A stretch of 64,000 nucleotides of DNA from Callorhinchus milii (Eukaryota). The notes under the pieces are model-generated. The model was given only the letters and a program-made list of their open reading frames with translations, ran no database searches and had not been told where the DNA came from. Both the position numbers and the translations under genes were made by a program. The stretch covers positions 2,170,001 to 2,234,000 of the forward strand of contig NW_024704761.1 in assembly GCF_018977255.1 (NCBI RefSeq), read 5' to 3'. This document shows positions 42,401 through 50,121 of this stretch, one piece after another (the first letter of the stretch is position 1; each line of letters opens with the position of its first letter).

Positions 42401-43240
42401 GAGAGCCCGAGGTAACACAGGTGTTTTATGAAATAAAATGAGCACTTTGGGCATTCGTGCTCTTATTATAACTATATTATAACAGAGTCCTGTAGCTCAG
42501 TGGTTAGAGCACTCGCTTTGCAAGCGAGAGACCTGAGTTCAATTCCAGGCAGAGGGCGAAACCTCGGGCAAGTTTCCTTACTCCACACAGAGCCTAATAA
42601 TAATCCTCCAAAACCAAAAACAATAATAAATTGGTCATTTTCAGTCCACGACTGTTTGTGGGACATTGCTGTGCGCAATTGGCTGCCGCGTTCGCCCACA
42701 AATATACAGTCAATTCACTTTACAGTGTGTTCTGTGAAGCGCTTTGGGACGTCCTCCCGACGTGAAAAGCGCTATATCAAATGCAAGGATTATTATTATT
42801 ACTATTATTATTCATTAAATCCCTTCTACTTTTTTCCCCTTGTATTCTTGCAAGCCGTGGGGTTTTTCTGTTGTTTGTGTTGTCTTACTAACCCGCGGGG
42901 TGGGGTGGAGGGAGGGGGTGGCGGGGGGTGGGGGGGGTGCTGACCGCGGTGGTGGTTTTACTTGGTTTGGGCAGATTGTATGACAAACTTTAAACAATTG
43001 TAAGTGTAGAGCAAAACGTCTTCCAGGAAGTCATTCCGAGAAGAGAAGCGTTCAGTGAACTGAACATAAACAAAACACAAAATACCGCAGAGGCTGGAAA
43101 TGTGAACACAAAGACGGAAGTGGCCGGGAAACGCCCGGCAGGTCCGGCCGCACCTGCAGAGAAAGGAAGGTCAATCTGGGGAAGCGCTTCGGGACGTCCT
43201 CCCGACGTGAAAAGCGCTATATCAAATGCAAGGATTATTA

Positions 43241-43280
<40 letters not shown>

Positions 43281-44224
43281 CATCAATCAACGGGTCGGGT
43301 CCAGGACCCTCGGTCGGGGCCGAGTGGTTGAGTGTTTGCAGCCACTTCTGGTTTTCTTTTCAGATTTCCGGCATCTGCGGGATTTCTTGTTGTGTTTGGT
43401 ATTGGGGGGGAGGGGGACATCCCGTAACCGCCCCCAACCCCAACAGCTGGTGGGTAGGGGGGTGGGTAGGGGTGTGGGTAGGGGGGGTGTGGTGGGGGGG
43501 TGGGTGGGGGTGGGGTGTTGGGGGGGTGTTGGGGGGGGGGTGTGGGTGGGGGTGTGTGGGTGGGGGGGTGTTGGGGGGGGTGTGGGTGGGGGTGGGGGGT
43601 GTGTGGGGTGGGGGTGGGGGTGGGGTGTTGGGGGGGGTGTGGGTGGGGTGGGGGTGTTGGGGGGTGTGGTGGGGTGTGGGGGTGTGGGTGGGGGTGGGTG
43701 GGTGTGGGTGGGGGTGGGGGGTGTTGGGGGGGGGTGTGGGGGGGGTGTGGGGGGGGGGGGGGTGGGGGTGGGGGTGTGGGTGGGGGTGTGGGGTGGGGGG
43801 TGTTGGGGGTGTGGGTGTGGGTGGGGGGGGTGNNNNNNNNNNNNNNNNNNNNNNNNNNNNNNNNNNNNNNNNNNNNNNNNNNNNNNNNNNNNNNNNNNNN
43901 NNNNNNNNNNNNNNNNNNNNNNNNNNNNNNNNNNNNNNNNNNNNNNNNNNNNNNNNNNNNNNNNGGTGTGTGGGTGGGGTGGGGGGTGGGGGTGGGGGGG
44001 TGTGTGGGTGTGTGGGGGGGTGTGTGGGGGTGTGGGTGGGGGTGTGGGTGTGTGGGTGGGGGGGTGTGGGTGGGGGGGCATTACCTGCCGAGGGTGAAGG
44101 TCCTGCAGTTCGAAGCCCCGACTCTCCAAAGCCAATGCCGACTCGGGACTCGCCACCGATCGCCGCAGATCTGAGAGCAACTTTTCGACCTCAGGCTCCG
44201 GAGGAGGAGGAGGAGGACGGCCAT
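12633..44224 (-). CDS. ACSF2: Medium-chain acyl-CoA ligase ACSF2, mitochondrial; 16 exons: 44085-44224, 38773-38971, 38313-38441, 37974-38027, 37604-37722, 37271-37433, 36326-36421, 35225-35373, 34290-34381, 32242-32318, 15997-16104, 15218-15369, 14658-14799, 14229-14339, 13589-13657, 12633-12689; 618 aa
   Basis: AMP-binding signature IQFTS|[37 protein letters not shown], catalytic-lysine motif PMTVTGK|IQK; exon lengths sum to 1857 nt (in frame); all introns GT-AG. Confidence 0.96.
19879..20198 (+). mobile_element. Full-length tRNA-derived SINE (young family)
   Basis: GGAGTCCTGTAGCTCAGTGGTTAGAGC...GTTCAATTCC head; tail AAGCGCTATATCAAATGCAAGGATTATTAT. Confidence 0.9.
21174..21179 (+). promoter_or_regulatory. 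Probable CHAD TATA box (TATAAA)
   Basis: About 100 nt upstream of the ATG at 21277, with a GC box (CCCGCCC) just upstream. Confidence 0.5.
21277..28542 (+). CDS. CHAD: Chondroadherin (class IV SLRP); coding exons 21277-22047, 27589-27752, 28404-28542; 357 aa; nested antisense in ACSF2 intron 10
   Basis: Signal peptide, N-cap [16 protein letters not shown], tandem LRRs ([26 protein letters not shown]), C-cap NNSWQCNC...C, basic tail [10 protein letters not shown]; consistent phases. Confidence 0.96.
23530..23760 (+). mobile_element. CR1-type LINE 3' fragment
   Basis: Translation RTRGH...[20 protein letters not shown] is the typical CR1 ORF2 C-terminus. Confidence 0.8.
28030..28345 (-). mobile_element. 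Degraded L2-type LINE ORF2 fragment in CHAD intron 2
   Basis: Translation ...[12 protein letters not shown]...[12 protein letters not shown] resembles the L2 region downstream of the reverse transcriptase. Confidence 0.65.
29258..31416 (+). other. CHAD: Putative non-coding last exon (3'UTR) of CHAD, ending near AATAAA at 31411-31416
   Basis: Strong donor CAG|GTAAGT 4 nt after the stop (28546); candidate acceptor CCTGCAG|G at 29257/29258; boundaries inferred. Confidence 0.4.
30145..30400 (+). mobile_element. Older Deu-type (SacSINE1/AmnSINE-like) tRNA SINE
   Basis: GGCTCAGCGGTAGCACTCT...GAGTCAGAAAG..GGGTTCAAGCCCCAC...GGAGGTGCCGT; family assignment from recall. Confidence 0.6.
32617..33250 (-). 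mobile_element. L2-type LINE 3' fragments (two stacked pieces) with (TTG)n tail
   Basis: LHWLPV..WINFK and [25 protein letters not shown]...WNSIP..LR...[10 protein letters not shown] are hallmark L2 ORF2 C-terminal motifs. Confidence 0.85.
34740..34996 (-). mobile_element. CR1-type LINE 3' end
   Basis: Translation [22 protein letters not shown]...FKSELD followed by a CR1-like 3'UTR. Confidence 0.85.
35434..35794 (-). mobile_element. tRNA-derived SINE, longer subfamily with an extra internal block
   Basis: Carries the extra segment ...CTGCTAGGTAAACAGAGG..., also seen in copies near 16760-16820 and 18565-18625. Confidence 0.85.
36436..36776 (-). mobile_element. Full-length tRNA-derived SINE abutting the ACSF2 exon 7 acceptor
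   Basis: Near-identical to the copies at 19879 and 42485; long (TAT)n tail ends about 14 nt from the exon. Confidence 0.92.
39790..40800 (-). mobile_element. Cluster of CR1 fragments (3' end plus ORF1 esterase-like remnant)
   Basis: CR1-like 3'UTR near 39800-39950; [14 protein letters not shown] resembles a CR1 ORF1 SGNH domain; boundaries approximate. Confidence 0.6.
42485..42812 (+). mobile_element. Full-length tRNA-derived SINE in ACSF2 intron 1
   Basis: Head has a perfect anticodon-like stem CTCGC-TTTGCAA-GCGAG; body and tail as in the other copies. Confidence 0.92.
43447..44078. repeat. G/T-only low-complexity tract at the start of ACSF2 intron 1 (contains N gap 43833-43964)
   Basis: About 630 nt of GGGGT/GGGTGT runs, read directly. 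Confidence 0.95.
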
Positions 44225-44354
44225 GTCACCGGGAGTGTCACCGGGAAATTAAACCGCCACTTCAGTTGTCGGTCCGACGTTTGCCGATCCCATAAACACT
44301 GCGCTCCGTCCTCAGAGGTTTCCCAACGCGGTTGGAAATACCGCACATACAGCG

Positions 44355-45592
44355 CTGCCCCGGAGTGACCGCCCTCCACTGACACCACTCACTCACTCAC
44401 TCACTCACTCACTCACTCACTCTGCCCCGGAGTGACCGCCCTCCACTGACACCACTCACTCACTCACTCACTCTGCCCCGGAGTGACCGCCCTCCACTGA
44501 CAGCACTCACTCACTCACTCACTCACTCACTCTGCCCCGGAGTGACCGCCCTCCACTGACAGCACTCACTCACTCACTCTGCCCCGGAGTGACCGCCCTC
44601 CACTGACACCACTCACTCACTCACTCACTCACTCTGCCCCGGAGTGACCGCCCTCCACTGACATCACTCACTCACTCACTCACTCTGCCCCGGAGTGACC
44701 GCCCTCCACTGACAGCACTCACTCACTCACTCTGCCCCGGAATGACCGCCCTCCACTGACACCACTCCTCACTCACTCACTCACTCTGCCCCGGAGTGAC
44801 TGCCCTCCACTGACAGCACTCACTCACTCACTAACTCACTCTGCCCCGGAGTGACCGCCCTCCACTGACAGCACTCACTCACTCACTCACTCTGCCCCGG
44901 AGTGACTGCCCTCCACTGACAGCACTCACTCACTCACTAACTCACTCTGCCCCGGAGTGACCGCCCTCCACTGACACCACTCACTCACTCACTCACTCAC
45001 TCTGCCCCGGAGTGACCGCCCTCCACTGACACCACTCACTCACTCACTCACTCACTCTGCCCCGGAGTGACTGCCCTCCACTGACACCACTCACTCACTC
45101 ACTCACTCACTCTGCCCCGGAGTGACCGCCCTCCACTGACACCACTCACTCACTCACTCACTCACTCACTCACTCACTCACTCAGCCCCGGAGTGACCGC
45201 CCTCCACTGACACCACTCACTCACTCACTCACTCACTCACTCTGCCCCGGAGTGACCGCCCTCCACTGACACCACTCACTCACTCACTCACTCTGCCCGG
45301 AGTGACTGCCCTCCACTGACACCACTCACTCACTCACTCACTCACTCTGCCCCGGAGTGACCGCCCTCCACTGACAGCACTCACTCACTCACTCACTCAG
45401 CCCCGGAGTGACCGCCCTCCACTGACAGCATTCACTCACTCACTCACTCTGCCCCGGAGTGACCGCCCTCCACTGACAGCACTCACTCACTCACTCTGCC
45501 CCGGAGTGACTGCCCTCCACTGACAGCACTCGCTCACTCACTCACTCTGCCCCGGAGTGACCGCCCTCCACTGACACCACTCACTCACTCAC
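44355..45592. repeat. Compound minisatellite: 23 copies of a constant core (CTGCCCCGGAGTGACCGCCCTCCACTGACA), each followed by a variable (CACT)n tract
   Basis: Cores counted by eye; begins about 130 nt upstream of the ACSF2 ATG. Confidence 0.95.
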
Positions 45593-45636
45593 ACTGGGTA
45601 AAGGGACTGCTAAACCCTCCCCGATCAGCTGACAGC

Positions 45637-45671
<35 letters not shown>

Positions 45672-45707
45672 GGGTACTGGACCTGTTCAACTCTGTCTTA
45701 CATCTGA

Positions 45708-45920
45708 NNNNNNNNNNNNNNNNNNNNNNNNNNNNNNNNNNNNNNNNNNNNNNNNNNNNNNNNNNNNNNNNNNNNNNNNNNNNNNNNNNNNNNNNNNNNN
45801 NNNNNNNNNNNNNNNNNNNNNNNNNNNNNNNNNNNNNNNNNNNNNNNNNNNNNNNNNNNNNNNNNNNNNNNNNNNNNNNNNNNNNNNNNNNNNNNNNNNN
45901 NNNNNNNNNNNNNNNNNNNN
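45708..45920. other. Assembly gap flanked on both sides by GGACCTGTTCAACTCTGTCTTACATCTGA (probable collapsed tandem repeat)
   Basis: N run; the same sequence occurs at about 45679-45707 and 45990-46018. Confidence 0.85.
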
Positions 45921-46801
45921 TGCACACCCAGCCACACACACACACACCCCCACATACCACACCCACCCACACACCCACATTGGGTTAATGGACCTGTTCA
46001 ACTCTGTCTTACATCTGACAGCAGACACCCCCCCCCCCCCCCCCCCACCCCACCCCCCGCCCCACCCACACACATTGAATCATCTGATTAAGGAGACAGC
46101 TGAACCCTCCCCTCCATCTGTCAGCAGCAAACACCCACCCACCCACACACTGGGGTAATGTACCCGGACAGGGGCTGAACCTCGACCCACGTCCATTTGC
46201 TGCCCTGAGCCCTCATGGAGTGTGAGGAGGGCTCAGATTGGAGGACATTTCAAAACCAGGAACGGCTGAGAGCCGAAAGGTCCAGAACTCAGTGAACATT
46301 AAACGGACTGTTCACTGGGAATCACGCGGAATGTGTGTGATGTCCTGTGTCTCTGTCTGACACAAAGGCACTCGAACACCCCCAATAATGAGGCCTCCAA
46401 ATGTCCAGTCAGGTTGGCAGGAGATCTCTGCTTTTTTTTTGGAATATATCAATATAAGGAATTGATAATGGAATATTATTCAGGATTATGTTGTGTGAAT
46501 ATGCATAAAATGTGTGGTTTTATGTTAAATGTTGACGGTCGTGGGATAAGACACATTCGGTTTTCTCTGTTTCTTAAGGAACAACAGGATAGCTTTGGAA
46601 AAGGGCAGGAGGTCACCACTTATCAGTGATAACAACAAGCCCACAAAGGGAATGGTCCAAGGTACCGGTCGACACAGAATCTCATCTTAGCAATAAGTCT
46701 CTAGATTCTGACAGGGCAAAGCAACCAAAGGCAACCCTCAAGAATAGCGAACTAACGAGCAAGTTGTTTAAACAGGAGGACTTTGGTACCATCCCGGGAT
46801 A

Positions 46802-47157
46802 CTGACAGTAACGTTCAGGTTAAACTCCTGACAGTAGCATTGAGGTTAAACTCCTGACAATAACGTTCAGGTTAAACTCCTGACAGTAACGTTCAGGTTA
46901 AACTCCTGACAGTAATGTTCAGGTTAAACTCCTGACAGTAGCATTGAGGTTAAACTCCTGACAGTAACGTTCAGGTTAAACTCCTGACAGTAATGTTCAG
47001 GTTAAACTCCTGACAGTAACGTTCAGGTTAAACTCCTGACAGTAATGTTCAGGTTAAACTCCTGACAGTAACGTTCAGGTTAAACTCGTTCAGCTTAAAC
47101 TCCTGACAGTAATGTTCAGCTTAAACTCCTGACAGCAACATTCAGGTTAAATTCCTA
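46802..47157. repeat. 26-bp tandem array (CTGACAGTAACGTTCAGGTTAAACTC), about 13-14 copies, inside the LTR-like element
   Basis: Read directly; variants TAGCATTGAG and TAATGTTCAG recur within the array. Confidence 0.95.
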
Positions 47158-47159
47158 GC

Positions 47160-47687
47160 ATGGATTAAGAAAAGCAGAACAAGATTAAAACTGAGTTCTG
47201 GCAATGGGTGACTAAGTATGAGGGTAAAATATGTGCACAAGTTGGCCAGGATGCTGCAGCTTTAAATAAAAAATGCGCGACCGGCTGAACGTTTGAACAA
47301 GGTCTTCAGTACGTGGAACAGCAATTGATAGAGGGAAAACTTTGTCTTGGACGGAAACTTAAACCCCTCCTCAAATATCTTTTGTGGAGAGGGAGTGTAG
47401 ATCCACAGCATCAGATACAAGAGTTGTATGCGACTCTAAACGATAGGGAAAAAGAGATCAAACAGCTAAAAAGGCATTCTGGTGGACAAATAGAGCAGGA
47501 TTTGAAAAACGATTTGGCAGATAAAGAAAAGGAGTCTTCTGATCGAAAGGTACAGCTCTATGTGGAAAGGGAGAGAAACGAGGCAGAAATGGCTAGATTA
47601 AAGGAAAGAGAGGACAATCATTTGTGTCGGATAACTGAGTTGGGAGCTGTGGTAGGTACCCAACAGGGCAAAGTGAATCTGACTTAG
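47160..47687 (+). pseudogene. Decayed retroelement ORF with predicted coiled coil (gag-like or accessory gene); in-frame stops at codon 3 and near 47286
   Basis: ATG at 47160 is in frame with ORF 47313-47687 (...QIQELYATLNDREKEIKQLK...EMARLKERE); identity not established. Confidence 0.5.
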
Positions 47688-48394
47688 GCCAAGAAAGCAG
47701 AATATGCATAACTAGCCCACCCCTAGGTGAGAACAGGTAGAAGTGAGAAGAGCAGGATGACTCAAGAGGGATATAGGCAGTCCAGGAGCAGAGATCAGGG
47801 GATCACCATAAGTTTGTGAGTATATCACTAAGCTGCTCGGGCTCAAGAGAGGGAAGATGAAGAATGGCTGTGGTTGAGTCCTTTAAACCGGTAGTATGAG
47901 TATTTCTTAACTGCATGTAACCAATGTGTTTTAATATGATATAATCAATTATAATCGTTTGATATAATCATTGTATTCTAGTGTTCCTTAATGGATCATT
48001 TACCTGCATGTAACTAATGTGTTTTTAATATAATGCAATCAAGTATAATCATTCTAGTTTGATGTAATCGTTGTATTCTGGTATTGCTTATTAGGTCATT
48101 TACTTTTCTTTGTATTGTATGATTGATATTACCTGTTGGGTATCGAAATAAAGAATTCAAAGGTGTGTCATGCCATATGTGTTATTTGTCAAGTCTTTTG
48201 ATCAAACCCGGGGTTCTTTTTTCCCAACAACATTAAAGATCCGGTGGCACTATTAAAAAAAGAGAAGGGAGTTTCTCTCTCCTGGTGAGGTGATGAATTA
48301 TCCAGATCCAGTTGCAATATCTCAGAAGGTTCCGTTGTGCAGCAGTTCCTATCAATCCCCAGATACATCTCCCTTCTCTTTTCGAGTTGTACTA

Positions 48395-48602
48395 TAGGAT
48401 CTTTAATGCCCATCTGAACTGGAGGACGGGGCCTCATTTTAACATCTCATCCACGGAAAGTACCTCCAACAATGCAGTAAAACCCCCAGCACTGCACTGG
48501 AGTGTCAGCCTGGACTATTTGAGTTCCATGTCCGAAAGTGGGGCGCTTGAACCTACAACCTTCTGCCTCAGGGGCGAGGGTACTAATTAAGCCAACCTGA
48601 CA
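48395..48602 (-). mobile_element. Older Deu-type tRNA SINE, 5' part
   Basis: Reverse complement resembles the copy at 30145-30400. Confidence 0.6.
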
Positions 48603-49219
48603 CACAATGCCTCCACTACCAATCACTCTCTCATCTGATCAGGATCACCAGAGCAGACGAACCGACGGTTAGTTGCCAGTTCACTGGCCAAGAGCACAGC
48701 CAAGCTCAGCAAGGCTTCTTCACAACATGCTCTTAAGCTGGATATTAAAGGGTAAGGACAGCGAGCAAGAGGGTGGGCGAGTGGAGAGAAACACAAGCAC
48801 ATACTTGATCGGTCAACTGTCTGTTTCTCTGCTCTAAATATTAGTTCTGGAGCGGTTGATGGTCACTTCAGACCGACCTTGAGAACTGTGGCAGTGAGTA
48901 CACACACTGGACAACAGAGCTTGTTTGTCTTTAATTTGGAGATAAGATGGTTCATTGCTCGATTTCCCCCAATTCGAGGTGTCTCTGATATGCATAATCC
49001 GACCAGGAGGGATGGAAGGCAGAGCCCTGCTCCCTGTCCCTTTTCCCTGGAATTCCCCACTGAATCCATGTTTTTTTCAGTGAGTGCTGAGTCATCCAGG
49101 AATGTTGGGGTGTGATTCCTCTCTGTGCTCAGTTGGCTGACCCACAATGATCATTAGCCTCGGAGCAGGAGTCCTGCCAGGGATCCTGATCGCTGAGCAC
49201 ACTAACCCTTCCCTTTGCT

Positions 49220-49756
49220 GGAGTGGCTCAGGGGTGTGTGGGGGGGGAGACTGAGCGGCTCAGGGGTGTGTGGGGGGGAGACTGAGCGGCTCAGGGGTGT
49301 GTGGGGGAGAGACTGAGTGGCTCAGGGGTGTGTGGGGGGGAGACTGAGCGGCTCAGGGGTGTGTGGGGGGGAGACTGAGCGGCTCAGGGGTGTGTGTGGG
49401 GGAGACTGAGTGGCTCAGGGGTGTGTGTGGGGGGGGGGAGACTGAGCGGCTCAGGGGTGTGTGGGGGAGACTGAGCGGCTCAGGGGTGTGTGTGGGGGGA
49501 GACTGAGCGGCTCAGGGGTGTGTGGGGGAGACTGAGCGGCTCAGGGGTGTGTGGGGGAGACTGAGCGGCTCAGGGGTGTGTGGGGGGGGGGAGACTGAGC
49601 GGCTCAGGGGTGTGGGGGGGGAGACTGAGCGGCTCAGGGGTGTGTGGGGAGACTGAGTGGCTCAGGGGTGTGTGGGGGAGACTGAGCTCAGGGGTGTGTG
49701 GGGGAGACTGAGTGGCTCAGGGGTGTGTGGGGGAGACTGAGCTCAGGGGTGTGTGG
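49220..49756. repeat. About 30-bp G-rich minisatellite (GAGACTGAGCGGCTCAGGGGTGTGTGGGGG), 18 copies, upstream of LRRC59
   Basis: Units counted directly; G-run length varies between units. Confidence 0.95.
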
Positions 49757-50121
49757 GTGTGTGGGTGGGCGGCGCTCCGGTTCCCAGGAGCTGCTCCGGG
49801 ACAACCACACGGGGCGCAGCTGGAGCCCCAACGTGTGCGGCTGCTCCTCCCGCCGGGCGGGGGCGCTGTGGGGCGGCGCTGCTGTGGGGCGGCGCTGTGG
49901 GGCCGCTCCTCCCGCCGGGCGGGGGCGCTGTGGGCCGCCCGGTGAGGCGCCTCTTGCCCGTCCGCGTCCTCTCTCCTGCCCTCTCCCCGGGAGTTGTCGT
50001 GACGTGTGCATCTGGTGGCGGCGGCCGCGGGCCGGGACCGGCACAGACCCGGGGAAGCGGCCCCGGTAGGTACCCCCTCCCCCCCCCCCCCCACACACAC
50101 ACACACCCCCCGGGCGCCGAC

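Larger units (their letters stand above)
46530..48232 (+). mobile_element. 1703-bp LTR-like element (TGTTG...CAACA) with 5-bp TSD TTAAA, internal 26-bp array, decayed ORF and AATAAA at 48147-48152
   Basis: TTAAA at 46525-46529 and 48233-48237; TG...CA inverted termini; the flanks rejoin into a continuous old-SINE sequence. Confidence 0.75.

Noticed and set aside
42485-42560. tRNA-Ala(TGC) gene (also at 19879, 36700 and 1580)
   Set aside because: No proper acceptor stem or Pol III terminator; continues directly into the SINE body.
42500-42943. Recurring ORFs ending in [10 protein letters not shown]
   Set aside because: Translations of the SINE tail, not a protein family.
43102-44368. Gly/Val/Trp-rich ORFs
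   Set aside because: Translation of the G/T low-complexity tract and N gap.
44355-45592. CRISPR array (constant repeat plus variable spacer)
   Set aside because: Spacers are only (CACT)n length variants, there are no cas genes, and the context is vertebrate.
46783-46800. Primer-binding site TGGTACCATCCCGGGA
   Set aside because: Only the first 8 nt resemble a tRNA-Leu 3' complement, it does not follow a CA LTR end, and no second LTR is visible.
46802-47157. CRISPR or iteron-like array
   Set aside because: Head-to-tail 26-bp units with no spacers, inside an LTR-like element.
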